Shown piece by piece: positions 28,446 to 41,289 of a stretch of 64,000 nucleotides of DNA. This DNA is from Myxococcales bacterium (GTDB taxonomy: Bacteria; Myxococcota_A; Polyangia; Nannocystales; Nannocystaceae). The stretch's first letter is position 1. The number at the start of each line of letters is the position of its first letter. The translations under genes and the position numbers were made by a program. The notes beneath the pieces were generated by a model. The model had not been told where the DNA came from, made no database searches, and saw nothing but the letters and a program-made list of their open reading frames with translations. Location of the stretch: assembly GCA_020633335.1 (NCBI GenBank), contig JACKDU010000002.1, positions 442,730 through 506,729 of the forward strand, read 5' to 3'.

Positions 28446-29475
28446 GATGCGACGCGCACTGCCTGCGCTTCTGCCTGCGCTTCTCACGACGCTGCTGGCC
28501 GGCCCCCTCGCCTGCGGCGGCGTGCCCGACGAGGACGAGACCAACTCCAGCGGCGAGCTCAGCGAGGGCCGCGAGCTCGCGGCGATCGAGGAGTCAGACT
28601 CCAACCTGGTCCTCGCGCTCCTCGAGAGCGACGGCAACGCCGACCCGGACGCCGATCCCGACGCCGACGCCGACGCCGCCGAGAGCGCGGGCGACGACGA
28701 GGCCGCCGCCGACTTCGTCCCCCGGGCCTGCGTCCACTCGCTCGACGAGAAGCGCCCGCGGATCACCAAGTCCGCCCAGCTCCTCACCAAGCGGATCATC
28801 CGTCACACGGCCAAGCGCATGGGGGTCCACGAGGACTTCCGAAAGCTCCTCGCCCTCATCGCCCTCCGCGAGTCGAGCTACCAGTCGGGCCTCGTCCACC
28901 GCCTCTCACCTGACCTAAACGCCAGCTACTCGAGCTGGCGGAAGATGTCGGCGCGCTACGAGGACAACCCGCACGCGAGCGACCCGACCCTCTGGCAGAC
29001 CTACGGCCTCTTCGGGATGAACTCGAACTACTTCACGCTCCTCTGGGATCAGAAGGCCGATCCCCGGGTGCTCTGCGATCCGATCGTCGACATCATCCTC
29101 TACCGGCGGGCGGCCGAGCGCGCGCTCCGGAAGATGCTGAGCGGGCCGATCCGCTGCAAGGGACAGGACGGCGACACCTTCGACATCACCGTCGAGCCGA
29201 CCTGGGGGAACATCCACCGCGCGGTCTCCGGCGGGAAGATCTGTCCCTCGAAGCATGAGGAGCGGGCGGCGACGATGCGCAAGTACTTCGACGCGCGGGC
29301 CCGGCGGGTCGGCATCGACCCGAACGCTCGGGTCTCGCTCAAGATGCTCGGCAAGGAGCCCGGCCGCGGCCTCGACGGCGAGACCTGGGAGGGCCAGGAG
29401 GCGATGGTCACCGGCCTCTGGAAGGAGATCGACGCCGGCGCGGACGACAAGCGCGCCGCCGCCGAGGACGAGTAG
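28446..29475 (+). CDS. lipoprotein with SLT-like lytic-transglycosylase motifs (putative cell-wall hydrolase)
   Basis: ATG 28446 follows 'aggagtagg'. Signal 'MRRALPALLPALLTTLLAGPLACGG'. Acidic repeat 'DADPDADPDADADAAESAGDDE'. 'LLALIALRESSYQSGLV...YGLFGMNSNYF' resembles the E-S...GLMQ catalytic region of SLT domains. Confidence 0.5.
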
Positions 29476-29628
29476 GCCAGCGGTCCGGCCTGCATGAGGC
29501 CCCCACGAGGCCCAGATGAGGCCAGATGCCCCCAGCGCGAGGGATCCCGACCTCGGGTCAACTCGGGAGGCATCTGGCCTCGTTATCAGCCCGCCCGGCC
29601 GGTCCCGTGGTAGAGTCAGCCCCCCTCG

Positions 29629-30675
29629 ATGACCGCGGCCCAACCCATCAACGCCTACATCTCGGGCACCGGCTTCTACGTGCCGCCGCGGATCGTGACC
29701 AACGACGATCTGGTCAACGGCTACGGGATCGAGACCACCAACGAGTGGATCATCCAGCGGACCGGCATCGAAGCCCGACGCTACGCCGAGCGCGGGGTCG
29801 GCAGCGCCGAGCTCGGCGCCCGGGCCGCAGAGGACGCCCTCGCGGACGCGGGGATCGCCGCCACCGACCTCGATCTCATCGTCTTCGCCACCCTCTCGCC
29901 GGAGTACGCCTTCCCCGGCAGCGGCGTCCTCCTCCAGCACCGCCTGGGCCTCAACGAGGGCCCGAACGCGCGCCACGTCCCGGCCCTCGACGTCCGCAAC
30001 CAGTGCTCGGGCTTCCTCTATGGGCTGACGACCGCGAACGCGATGGTCCGCTCGGGGGCCGCCCGCCACGTCCTGGTGGTCGGCGCCGAGACCCACTCGG
30101 CCGCCCTCGATCTCACCACCCGCGGCCGCACGGTCTCCTCGCTCTTCGGCGACGGAGCCGGCGCCGTCGTCGTCTCGGCGACCACCGAGGACCGGGGGAT
30201 CCGCGGCTGCTACCTCGGGGCCGACGGCTCGCAGGCCGAGACCCTCTGCCAGCGGGTCTGGGACATCCGCGAGCGCCCCTTCATCCCCCTCGGCGAGGAC
30301 GGCTGGGGCCGGGTCTCCCCCGAGCACATGTACGCCCACATGGACGGGCGGATGGTCTTCAAGCACGCGATCGCCAAGATGACCGGCGTGCTCAAGCAGG
30401 CCTGCGACGACCTCCACGTCGGCCTCGACGACATCGACCTCTTCTTCTTCCACCAGGCCAACCTGCGGATCAATCAATACGTCGCCGAGCTCCTCAAGCT
30501 GCCGGCCGACAAGGTCCCGCACAACATCGAGCGCTACGGCAATACGACGGCGGCGACCCTGCCGATCCTCCTCGCCGAGGCGGTCGATGACGGGCGCCTC
30601 CGCCCAGGCGCCAAGATCGCCCTCGTCGCCTTCGGCTCCGGGTTCACCTGGGGCTCGGCGATCATCGACTGGTAG
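29629..30675 (+). CDS. fabH: 3-oxoacyl-[ACP] synthase III (KAS III)
   Basis: 'ISGTGFYVPPRIVTNDDLV...NEWIIQRTGIEARRYA' and active-site 'RNQCSGFLYGL' (Cys), with the His/Asn region 'FFFHQANLRINQYVAELL...GNTTAATLP'. Confidence 0.85.
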   Translation: MTAAQPINAYISGTGFYVPPRIVTNDDLVNGYGIETTNEWIIQRTGIEARRYAERGVGSAELGARAAEDALADAGIAATDLDLIVFATLSPEYAFPGSGVLLQHRLGLNEGPNARHVPALDVRNQCSGFLYGLTTANAMVRSGAARHVLVVGAETHSAALDLTTRGRTVSSLFGDGAGAVVVSATTEDRGIRGCYLGADGSQAETLCQRVWDIRERPFIPLGEDGWGRVSPEHMYAHMDGRMVFKHAIAKMTGVLKQACDDLHVGLDDIDLFFFHQANLRINQYVAELLKLPADKVPHNIERYGNTTAATLPILLAEAVDDGRLRPGAKIALVAFGSGFTWGSAIIDW

Positions 30676-30738
30676 GCGGGCGTAGGCCCGCGCGCGATAT
30701 CGGGCGCCGCACCGCGCCCGTGTTGGGAGCATGGTTCG

Positions 30739-31311
30739 ATGCGACACGTGAGAGCTCGATCGACGTCGAGGCGCCCTGGCGCCGGGGGATCGCTCGCGCT
30801 CGCGCTCATCGCCTGCGCCCCGGTAGCGACCGAGGCCCCGCCGCCAGCGCCCCCGCCCGTGGCCGTCGCCGCGCCCCCGCCGGCCGCCCCTGCGCGGGTG
30901 ATTCCGAGCGTCGACCCCGTGCTCTACGGCGGCCCCAAGGAGCCGGTGACCGCGACGATGGCCAACCGGGTCAACATCGACCGCGCGGCCACGCACCTCA
31001 AGAACGACCCCGATCTCCACCTCCTCCTGATCGGCCGCACCGACTCGATCGGCGCGCCGGCGGCGAAGAACCTCGAGCGGGGGATGGACCGCGCCCGCGA
31101 GGTCTGTGAGGACATCATCCGCCGGGTCGGCGTCGACTTCACGCGGATCCGGATCGGCTCCCGCGGCCAGGCCAACCCGATCGCCTCGAACGAGGACGCG
31201 GCCGGCCGCGCCCAGAACCGACGCGTCGAATTCTTCTTCTACTACCCGGACGATGAGAAGCTGCGATCGCGCTTCGACTTCAACATCGTCATCGAGGGCG
31301 ACGAACCCTAG
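30739..31311 (+). CDS. OmpA-family peptidoglycan-binding protein
   Basis: Signal 'GGSLALALIACAPVA'. OmpA-C motif 'LLLIGRTDSIGAPAAKNLERGMDRAREVCEDI...RIGSRGQANPIASNEDAAGRAQNRRVEFFF'. Confidence 0.8.
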   Translation: MRHVRARSTSRRPGAGGSLALALIACAPVATEAPPPAPPPVAVAAPPPAAPARVIPSVDPVLYGGPKEPVTATMANRVNIDRAATHLKNDPDLHLLLIGRTDSIGAPAAKNLERGMDRAREVCEDIIRRVGVDFTRIRIGSRGQANPIASNEDAAGRAQNRRVEFFFYYPDDEKLRSRFDFNIVIEGDEP

Positions 31312-31328
31312 CCCTCGACGGTGCCGCG

Positions 31329-31910
31329 ATGCCACACGAGCCCTCCCCGACGACCCGCGCCCGCCCGACCATCGCCTGCTTCGTCGACGGCGCGTCGCTG
31401 GCGACGGCGTGGCGTCGCCTCGGCGAGCGCGGCCCCTGCCACCTCGATCTCCACGCGCTCTGCAAGCCGATCGTCGGCTGGCTCGGCGGCGAGCTCGGCC
31501 AGATCCACCTCCGCCCCCAGGCCCTCCGCTCGCCCCTCGCCCGCCGCCGCTCGCAGGGCTACCTGCGCGCGCTCGTCGGCCTCGGCGTCCGCATCGACCC
31601 CGAGGAGATCGAGCTCGGCGCGTCGATCGTCCTCCACCGCCTCGCCGGCGCCTTCGATCAGGCGCTGGTGATCACCGGCGGCTGCGCCTCGCTCATCGAT
31701 CCCTCGCCGCTCCTCCGCTCGCTCACCGAGCGCCCCCGCCGCCTCCGCCCCCGCCGCTTCGTGATCCACGTGGTGACGCCGCCGGAGCTCGAGACGATCC
31801 GCCGCCGCGACACCTGGCCGGTCCTCGAGAGCGGCGAGCTCAACCCCAACCTCCTCCGCAAGGCCCGCCTCGGCGGCGGCGACGATCACCTCCAGGCGCC
31901 GGCGGCGTAG
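31329..31910 (+). CDS. NYN/LabA-like domain protein (putative RNase fold)
   Basis: 'IACFVDGASL' and 'DQALVITGGCASLIDPSPLL' resemble the D-rich NYN (DUF88) active-site strands. 193 aa. Confidence 0.45.
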   Translation: MPHEPSPTTRARPTIACFVDGASLATAWRRLGERGPCHLDLHALCKPIVGWLGGELGQIHLRPQALRSPLARRRSQGYLRALVGLGVRIDPEEIELGASIVLHRLAGAFDQALVITGGCASLIDPSPLLRSLTERPRRLRPRRFVIHVVTPPELETIRRRDTWPVLESGELNPNLLRKARLGGGDDHLQAPAA

Positions 31911-32009
31911 GCGTCCTCGCCTCGAGCGCGCCGTCCCCCGCGTCTGCCGACCGCGTCGTCGGCGTTCCGCGGGGCTCCAGATCGCGCCGGGGCTGCTACT
32001 CTGCGGCCC

Positions 32010-33812
32010 ATGCGTCGCTCCGCTCGCCCGCGCACCTGGGCCCTCCTCCTGCTCCTCGCCGCCTGTCGCCCGCCCTCCGAGGCGCCGGCGAGCCCGCCCG
32101 CCGAGGCCGCGCCGCCCGCGGCCGCCTCCGCCGAGCCTGACCCTTGGGCCAGCCCGCCGCGCCTCACCCGCGGGACCTTCGACGCCCACCTCCAATTCCT
32201 CGCGGACGACGCCCAGGAGGGCCGCCCGCCGGGGACCGACGCCGACCGCCGGGTCCAGGACCACGTCGAGGCGGCGATGATCGAGATCGGCCTCAATCCC
32301 GCGTTCGGCGAGGCCTACCGCCAGCCGCTCACGGTCACCGACGGGGTCCGCACCCGCGGCGACGCGAAGACCGAGCTCCTCCTCGGCAAGACGCCGATCG
32401 CCCACACCCTCGTCCCCTTCGGCCACGACACCGGCGACGCCCCGGTCCGCGGCGAGCTCGTCTACGTCGGCCACGGGATCGCCGGCGAGGGGAGCGACGG
32501 CGACTACGCCGGCCTCGGCGACGCGCTCCGCGGCAAGATCGCGGTGATCCTCGCGGGCGCGCCCAACGACCCCCACCTCTCGCCCGCGAGCACGCGGCCG
32601 CAGTCCCGGGTGATCGCCGCCCGCGACCGCGGGGCGATCGCCGCCCTCATCGTCGACCTCGAGCTGGAGAAGCCCTACCCCAACCACGGCGCCCACTCGG
32701 ATCTCCAGATCCCGGTGCTCGCGGTCGGCAAGTCCGACGCCGGCAAGATCCTCGCGGCGGTCGGCGGCAAGGGCGGGAAGCCGCCGAAGATCGGCGCCCG
32801 CAGCCGCAAGAGCGTCGAGATCGCCACGCCGATCGAGCCGATCAGCCTGGCGACCGCGAACATCGGCGGCGTCCTCCGGGGGAGCGGCGCCGAGCCGAAG
32901 CGCCTGGTGATCGGCGCCCACATGGATCACCTCGGCCACGGCACCGCCTCGTCGCTCGCCCCCGGGGTCTCGGCGATCCACAACGGCGCCGACGACAACG
33001 CCTCCGGCGTCGCGACGATCCTCGCGCTCGCCGAGGCGCTCGCCAAGATCCCCGCGAGCGCCCGCCCCTACGACGTCGTCTTCTTCGCCTTCGCGGCCGA
33101 GGAGATGGGCCTCCTCGGCTCCAAGCACCTGGTCGAGGCGATGCCGCAGGCGGAGCGCGAGGCGATCCTGACGATGCTCAACTTCGACATGGTCGGCCGC
33201 CTCCGCGACAACACGGTGATCGTCTCCGGGACCGGCACCTCGAGCCGCTGGCCCGAGCTCCTCGAGCAGAGCCGCGGCGGCCTCACGGTCAAGGCGAGCG
33301 ATGACGGCTACGGCGCCTCCGATCAGACCTCCTTCTACGAGGCCGGGATCCCAGTCCTCCACTACTTCAGCGGCCCCCACGACGACTACCACCGGCCGAG
33401 CGACGACATCGAGCGGATCAACGGCGAGGGGGCGATCGCGATCGGCGACGCCGCCCTCAACCTCGTCAGCATTGTCATGCGCGAACGCCCCGCCCTCGAC
33501 TACATCAAGGTCGAGCGCAAGACCTCGCAGCGCGGCGGCTTCCGGGTCTCGCTCGGGACGATCCCCGACTACGCGGCCCAGCTCGACGGGGTGAAGCTCT
33601 CGGGGGTGCGCCCGGGGGGCCCGGCCGAGGCCGCCGGCCTCAAGGCGGGCGACGTCATCGTCGTCCTCGCCGGCCGCGAGATCCACAACCTCGACGACTA
33701 CATGGCGACCTTCGCCATGCTCAAGCCCGACGTCGAGATCGACGTGGTCGTCCTCCGCGGCGAGGAGCGGGTCTCGCTGAAGATGACCCCCTCCGCGCCT
33801 GCGCGCCGCTAG
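32010..33812 (+). CDS. M28-family zinc aminopeptidase lipoprotein with PA and C-terminal PDZ domains
   Basis: Lipobox '[11 protein letters not shown]'. M28 metal ligands '[11 protein letters not shown]', '[15 protein letters not shown]', '[14 protein letters not shown]', 'NFDMVG'. PDZ '[29 protein letters not shown]'. Confidence 0.8.
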   Translation: MRRSARPRTWALLLLLAACRPPSEAPASPPAEAAPPAAASAEPDPWASPPRLTRGTFDAHLQFLADDAQEGRPPGTDADRRVQDHVEAAMIEIGLNPAFGEAYRQPLTVTDGVRTRGDAKTELLLGKTPIAHTLVPFGHDTGDAPVRGELVYVGHGIAGEGSDGDYAGLGDALRGKIAVILAGAPNDPHLSPASTRPQSRVIAARDRGAIAALIVDLELEKPYPNHGAHSDLQIPVLAVGKSDAGKILAAVGGKGGKPPKIGARSRKSVEIATPIEPISLATANIGGVLRGSGAEPKRLVIGAHMDHLGHGTASSLAPGVSAIHNGADDNASGVATILALAEALAKIPASARPYDVVFFAFAAEEMGLLGSKHLVEAMPQAEREAILTMLNFDMVGRLRDNTVIVSGTGTSSRWPELLEQSRGGLTVKASDDGYGASDQTSFYEAGIPVLHYFSGPHDDYHRPSDDIERINGEGAIAIGDAALNLVSIVMRERPALDYIKVERKTSQRGGFRVSLGTIPDYAAQLDGVKLSGVRPGGPAEAAGLKAGDVIVVLAGREIHNLDDYMATFAMLKPDVEIDVVVLRGEERVSLKMTPSAPARR

Positions 33813-34096
33813 CCCGGCCCCGCGACGACGACATCTGCGCGGCGACCGAGTCCAGGGAGGTCGCGGCCGCGGACGATCTCGACCCCGCGGGCGCCTGCGG
33901 ATCCGGCGCGCCGGGCCGACGGCCTCTCCTCCGCCGATCGCCGCTTTCGCGGCGCACGATCGCGCGGCTGCTGGCGTTGCGTGCGCTGGCCGGCCGCTGG
34001 TATATGCAGCGCCGAGCCCCCACGGGGACGTGACGCTCGCAGACCCGGAGAGCCCTCCGCCCCTCGCGGCGGCCGCCCTCCACCGAGGAAACATCC

Positions 34097-35289
<1,193 letters not shown>

Positions 35290-35293
<4 letters not shown>

Positions 35294-36171
35294 GCGTCCT
35301 CGTCGACAAGAACACCCGCCTCATCGTCCAGGGCATCACCGGCAAGGTCGGGATGTTCCACGCCCAGCAGTCGCTGAGCTACGGCACCCAGGTGGTCGGC
35401 GGGGTCACCCCCGGCAAGGGCGGCGAGAAGATCCTCGACCTCCCGGTCTTCGACACCGTCGCCCAGGCGGTCGAGCACACCGGCGCCAACGCCAGCGTGA
35501 TCTTCGTGCCGCCGCCCTTCGCCGCCGACGCGATCATGGAGGCCGCCGACGCCGAGGTCCCGCTCATCGTCTGCATCACCGAGGGGATCCCGGTCGCCGA
35601 CATGGTCAAGGCGAAGCGCTACCTCGAGGGCCGCAAGTCCCGCCTCATCGGCCCCAACTGCCCGGGCATCATCACCCCCGAGCAGTGCCGGATCGGCATC
35701 ATGCCGGGCTACATCCACAAGCCCGGCCGGATCGGCGTGGTCTCGCGCTCGGGCACCCTGACCTACGAGGCCGTCCACCAGCTGACCACCCTCGGCCTCG
35801 GCCAGACCACCGCGATCGGCATCGGCGGCGACCCGGTCAACGGCACCAACTTCGTCGACTGCCTGAAGCTCTTCCAGGAGGATCCGGCGACCGAGGGGAT
35901 CGTGATGATCGGCGAGATCGGCGGCTCGGCCGAGGAGGACGCGGCGGCCTTCATCAAGGAGCACGTCACCAAGCCGGTCGTCGGCTTCATCGCCGGCGTC
36001 ACCGCCCCGCCCGGCAAGCGGATGGGCCACGCTGGCGCGATCATCTCCGGCGGCAAGGGCACGGCCGAGGCCAAGCTCGAGGCGCTCCGCGAGGCTGGCG
36101 TGCACATCGCCGACACCCCGTCGGACCTCGGCTCGACGATGGCCGCGGCGATGAACAAGCAGGCCTCCTAG
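35290..36171 (+). CDS. sucD: succinyl-CoA synthetase alpha subunit
   Basis: ATG 35290 overlaps the sucC stop (ATGA). '[35 protein letters not shown]' and phosphohistidine loop '[18 protein letters not shown]'. Confidence 0.95.
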
Positions 36172-36207
36172 CCCTCCGGGACAGGCACAAACGTTCAGTC
36201 GAGCAGA

Positions 36208-36246
36208 CGAGGACGTCGACCGCGCGGTCGACGTCCTCGTCGCATT
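36208..36246 (+). terminator. perfect 14-bp inverted repeat hairpin (CGAGGACGTCGACC-gcgc-GGTCGACGTCCTCG) downstream of sucD, probable terminator
   Basis: Stem 36208-36221 and 36226-36239 with a 4-nt loop, followed by a weak T tract 'tcgcattt'. Lies 37 bp after the sucD stop. Confidence 0.45.
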
Positions 36247-36442
36247 TGGGGCCTCCCACGCCTCCCCTCGTCCACCCACACGCAACTCTGAAATTATCGT
36301 AAGCAGGCTTTCCAATACATCGTTCTCGCGACGTCACCAAATCCGGCCTGTCTTGCAAAATCGGCCCCTGGAGCGCATTAAGGACGCTCGTCTACGTTGC
36401 ATCTACACGGCCACGGACGGCCAGATGACGACGAGTGAGACC

Positions 36443-37525
36443 ATGCACCAGCTCCGCCACGCGCTCTCGATCGCCCTGCTACTCGCAGCTTGTCAGCCTC
36501 GCATGTCGAACGACGACGGCGACGTGGTCCTGACGACCAGCACTGGCGACGCGTCGACCGGCGAGGTCACGACCAACGTGTCGACGGTCACCGGCCTGAT
36601 GACGACCTCGACCACCGCCGACGCCAGCACCTCCGGGGGCGCGACCGACAGCGAGGGGAGCTCGACGACCACCGGCGAGCAGGGCTTCTGCGGCGACGGC
36701 GTGGCCCAGGGCGACGAGGAGTGCGACGACGGCAACCAGGACGACGACGACGAGTGCCTCTCGACCTGCAAGCTCGCCACCTGCGGCGACGGCAAGGTGC
36801 TCAAGGGCGTCGAGGAGTGCGACGACGGGAACGGCGAGAACTCGGACTCCTGCACCAACGAGTGCAAGGAGGCGTTCTGCGGCGACGGCTACCAGTACCT
36901 CGGCTTCGAGGAGTGCGACGACGGCAACATCCTCAACTCCGACGCCTGCACCGACGAGTGCGTCGAGGCGGTCTGCGGCGACGGCTACGTCTACAAGGGC
37001 GAGGAGCTCTGCGACGACGGGGTCAACGCCGGCAACTACGAGGGCTGCGCGCCCGGCTGCAAGTCCTTCGGCCCCCACTGCGGCGACGCCGTGGTCCAGG
37101 ACAACGAGGGCGAGCGCTGCGACACCAACCCGCCGCAGACCAACGTCACCTGCAACCAGAACTGCACCTACAACTTCTCGAAGGCGACCCAGCTCTACTG
37201 CTTCGCCAAGTGCACCTGGGACGACGTCGACGGCTGCCAGAAGGCCGACGCCGATCTCTTCTGCCAGCTCAAGCTCGGCTCGCCGACCGCCAAGGCCAAG
37301 AGCTTCAACCCGGCCGTCAACGTCGGCCCGCCGACCAACGGCTCGGGCTTCGGCTGCGCCCACGTCGCCTACTTCATCGACGACGGGATGGGCAAGGAGG
37401 CCCGCCAGAACCTCGGGGAGCTCCCGGAGTACGGCGTGTATCGCCCGGTGATGTGGGTCAACAAGAACCTCCTCGACACCCACGGCCCCGGCGACACGAT
37501 CAAGAACGTCGAGTGCATCGACTGA
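36443..37525 (+). CDS. lipoprotein with five tandem Myxococcus-type cysteine-rich repeats (CGDG...EECDDGN...C...C) and a C-terminal Cys-rich domain
   Basis: Signal 'MHQLRHALSIALLLAACQP'. S/T-rich linker. Repeats 'FCGDGVAQGDEECDDGNQDDDDECLSTCKLAT', 'CGDGKVLKGVEECDDGNGENSDSCTNECKEAF', 'CGDGYQYLGFEECDDGNILNSDACTDECVEAV', and further copies. Alternative start ATG 36425. Confidence 0.7.
   Translation: MHQLRHALSIALLLAACQPRMSNDDGDVVLTTSTGDASTGEVTTNVSTVTGLMTTSTTADASTSGGATDSEGSSTTTGEQGFCGDGVAQGDEECDDGNQDDDDECLSTCKLATCGDGKVLKGVEECDDGNGENSDSCTNECKEAFCGDGYQYLGFEECDDGNILNSDACTDECVEAVCGDGYVYKGEELCDDGVNAGNYEGCAPGCKSFGPHCGDAVVQDNEGERCDTNPPQTNVTCNQNCTYNFSKATQLYCFAKCTWDDVDGCQKADADLFCQLKLGSPTAKAKSFNPAVNVGPPTNGSGFGCAHVAYFIDDGMGKEARQNLGELPEYGVYRPVMWVNKNLLDTHGPGDTIKNVECID
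36686..37180 (+). repeat. 5 tandem ~33-codon Cys-rich repeat units (DNA and protein level)
   Basis: Recurring 'tgcggcgacggc...gaggagtgcgacgacggcaac' units inside CDS 36443..37525. Confidence 0.7.
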
Positions 37526-37645
37526 GGGCTCGCCTGAGCCCCCACGAACGTCGTTTTCGAGCCCCTCGCGCCCCTCCCGCGCGCCCCCCCGCGACGGCAT
37601 GTCGTCCTAGAGCGCAGAGGGTCCCATGAGGTAGACTCCGCGCCG

Positions 37646-38490
37646 ATGGATCAATCGAGCCTGGTCAGCCGCGACGTCGCGGAGCGCCTCGAGGCCCTGG
37701 CTCTCCCGTTCAACCAGTACGGGATGGATCCCTACGGGATTTCAAAGCGCCACCTCGGGCTCTTCTTCACCTTCCTCGAGGTCTTCTACAAGCACTACTT
37801 CCGGGTCCGCTGCTTCGGCATCGACCGGGTCCCAGCGACCGGCCCGGTGATGCTGGTGTCGAACCACTCCGGCGGGATCCCAGCCGACGGCGGGATGATC
37901 CTCGCGTCGCTCTTCTTCGATCACAACCCGCCGCGCCTCGCCCACGGGATGGTCGAGAAGTTCGCCCAGACCTGGCCCTTCGTCTCCCAGTGGTTCTCGC
38001 GGATGGGCCAGCTCCCCGGGCTCCCGGAGCACGCGATCCGCCTCCTCCGCGACGGCCGGGTGCTCATGGTCTTCCCCGAGGGCGCGCGCGGGACCGGCAA
38101 GCTCTACAAGGACCGCTACCACCTCGTCCGCTTCGGCACCGGCTTCATGCGGATCGCCCTCCAGACCGGCACGCCGATCGTCCCGATCGCCTTCATCGGC
38201 GGCGAGGAGGCGCTGCCGACGATCTACCACGCGAAGACCCTCGCCAAGATCTTCGGCGCCCCCTACTGGCCGGTCCCGCCCTACCTGGTGCCGATGCCCC
38301 TCCCCCTCCCCTGCGAGATCCACTTCGGCGAGCCGCTCCGCTTCGAGGGCAACGGCAACGAGGCGGATCACGTGATCGAGGGCTACGTCGAGCAGGTCCG
38401 CGACGCGATCACCCGACAGATCACCTACGGCTGCGCGATCCACGGCCAACGCCGCGCCGGCCTGCCCTTCGATCACCTCGGAGAGCGCCC

Positions 38491-38494
<4 letters not shown>
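37646..38494 (+). CDS. lysophospholipid/1-acyl-sn-glycerol-3-phosphate acyltransferase family protein (PlsC-like)
   Basis: '[17 protein letters not shown]' is the H(X)4D block and '[12 protein letters not shown]' the PEG(T/A)R block. '[14 protein letters not shown]' is also present. Confidence 0.8.
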
Positions 38495-39402
<908 letters not shown>

Positions 39403-39419
39403 GCCCCGAGCCGCCGCGC

Positions 39420-40271
39420 TCAGGGATCGAGGACGTGGAGCGGGTGGCGGAGGCGGACGCCGAGGAGCTCCCCGAGGCGGCGGTTGGCGACCCGCTTGCC
39501 GTGGACCTGCCCGTCGCTCGGCGCCCGCTCCCAGCGCGGCGGCGGCTCGCCACGGGCCTCGGCGAGGAGCGCGTACATCTCGCGCCGCGGCCGGTGATCG
39601 TCGTCGCAGACGTGGATCAGCGCCGAGAGCTCCGGCGGCGCGTCGACAGCCGCGAGGACCGCGGCGAGCGCGTCATCGCGGTGGATCAAGTTGGTCGCCT
39701 GCATGCCGTCGCCGGCGAGGATCGCCGTCGGATCGTCGCGGTAGATCCGGCCGAGGCCGCGCCCGGGGCCGTAGAGCCCGGCGAGGCGGAGGATCACCCA
39801 GGGGATCCCGAGGCGCCCGCAGAGCTCCTGGACGACCGCCTCGCCCTCGCGCTGGACCCGACCGCGCTCGCTCTCCGGCCAGCGCGCGTCGTCCTCGTCG
39901 ACCCAACCCTCGGCGTCGGCGAGCGCCGAGGTCGACGAGGTGTAGACCACCCGCCGGGGCGGCCGCGCCGCGAGGGCCTCGAGGAGGCGGCGGGCGCCGT
40001 CGACGTAGAGCGCCCGGCGATCCTGGCCGCGACCGGCCGCGTAGCAGAGGACCAGCGCCTGGGCGCCCTCCAGGGCCCCTCGGACGTCCTCCGCGGAGGC
40101 GTGGAGGAGATCCAGCGCCCGCGCCTCGACCCCGGGCGGCGCGCCCTCGAGGACGCCGTCGCGGGTCGTCGCGATCACCGGCCGTGTGCTGCCGAGCGCG
40201 CGCGCGACCTCGCGCCCGAGGAAGCCGGCGCCGACCACCGCCGCCTTCGCTTGCGAGGCCACCTCCATCAC
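39420..40271 (-). CDS. NAD(P)-binding Rossmann-fold protein (atypical SDR / epimerase-like)
   Basis: 'AAVVGAGFLGREVARAL' is a dinucleotide-binding motif, and '...VVYTSSTSALAD...' fits the family. Convergent with the preceding gene. Confidence 0.65.
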   Translation of the reverse strand: MMEVASQAKAAVVGAGFLGREVARALGSTRPVIATTRDGVLEGAPPGVEARALDLLHASAEDVRGALEGAQALVLCYAAGRGQDRRALYVDGARRLLEALAARPPRRVVYTSSTSALADAEGWVDEDDARWPESERGRVQREGEAVVQELCGRLGIPWVILRLAGLYGPGRGLGRIYRDDPTAILAGDGMQATNLIHRDDALAAVLAAVDAPPELSALIHVCDDDHRPRREMYALLAEARGEPPPRWERAPSDGQVHGKRVANRRLGELLGVRLRHPLHVLDP

Positions 40272-40287
40272 GCCGCCTCCAACCTGT

Positions 40288-40977
40288 CTAAAAGGTCACC
40301 CCGGCGCCGACCATGAGATCGTAGCGAGGGATCAGGTAGCGGGGCCCGAGGACGACGTCGAAGTGGGGGATCGCCGCCCAGATCAGGAGGCGGTCGTTGA
40401 CCACCAGCTTGCTCGTGACCCCCGCCTGGATGTCGGCGCCGTGGATCCCCCGGTAGCCGCGCCAGGCCGCGAGGTGGTAGCCGAGGGCGACGTTCGGCGA
40501 GATGTAGAAGCCGAGGCCCTTGACCACCTGGATATCCCACGAGAACTTCGGCGCCAGGACCAGGCCGAAGTAGCCGCGGCCGAGGAGCTCCTCCTGGGCG
40601 AGGAGCCCCAGCGCCGGCCCGCGGGCGCGGCCGCTGAAGTGGACGCCGATCTCCTGCGAGACCTTGAACGCGCCGCCGCAGCCCCAGGCGCCGCGGAAGA
40701 GCGGATCGTCGAAGAGCGGGCCGATGTAGTAGCTGCCCTGGTAGCACTGGCCGCGGGAGATGCCGAAGGAGGGACCGACGCCGACCTGGAGGTAGATCGG
40801 GCGGGTCCCCTCGCGCAGCGCCGCCGGTCGATCACCGGCGGCCGCGTCGCCGCCGACCAGGCCGAGCGCGAGCGCCGACGCGAGCCCCAGCGCCCGCGCG
40901 ATCCGGGCCGAAGGGCGCCGCCTCAGGCGCCGAGAGAGCGGCGGCGGTGAAGTGGCTGCGAGGGCGGCGAGGGGCAT
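40288..40977 (-). CDS. outer-membrane beta-barrel protein (OmpW/porin-like small barrel), C-terminal Phe
   Basis: Signal 'ARIARALGLASALALGLVGGDAAA' (start ATG 40977). Alternating aromatic/hydrophobic strands ending '...LMVGAGVTF'. Confidence 0.55.
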   Translation of the reverse strand: MPLAALAATSPPPLSRRLRRRPSARIARALGLASALALGLVGGDAAAGDRPAALREGTRPIYLQVGVGPSFGISRGQCYQGSYYIGPLFDDPLFRGAWGCGGAFKVSQEIGVHFSGRARGPALGLLAQEELLGRGYFGLVLAPKFSWDIQVVKGLGFYISPNVALGYHLAAWRGYRGIHGADIQAGVTSKLVVNDRLLIWAAIPHFDVVLGPRYLIPRYDLMVGAGVTF

Positions 40978-41289
40978 GTGCGCGTGTTCGACCGCGATCG
41001 GTCGACGGGCCTCAAGTCTCGCACAATCGAGGGAGCGCGAGCACCAACCTCGGCCGCGTTGGTTTGCTGAGGACCGCGCGCCACCGTACACTCATCGGCC
41101 GTGGTCGTGCTTCGTCTGGTCCTCCGGGCGCCGCGAGCCCTGCCAGCGCGGACCTGCTCCGGCGCGGCTGAGGTCACCACGCACGGGCTGCGCGCAGGGG
41201 CCCCGCTCCCGCCCAGAGTCCGCGCCGGAGCCCGCTCCTCCGCCCCCTCCGGGGCGCCCCCTCGCTCCCAAGCGTCGCGCTAGGTCGGG

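Noticed and set aside
28915-31335. 806-aa minus-strand ORF across fabH and the OmpA gene
   Set aside because: Spans two well-supported plus-strand genes with Arg/Gly-rich composition. Typical high-GC antisense ORF.
31308-34094. 928-aa minus-strand ORF across the NYN and M28 peptidase genes
   Set aside because: Same reasoning. The plus strand has M28 metal ligands and a PDZ domain.
36479-37629. Two alternative-frame ORFs (minus 36479..37600, plus 36490..37629) over the Cys-repeat gene
   Set aside because: Frame 36353/36443 gives the regular CGDG/EECDDGN repeat. The others are D/R/G-rich nonsense.
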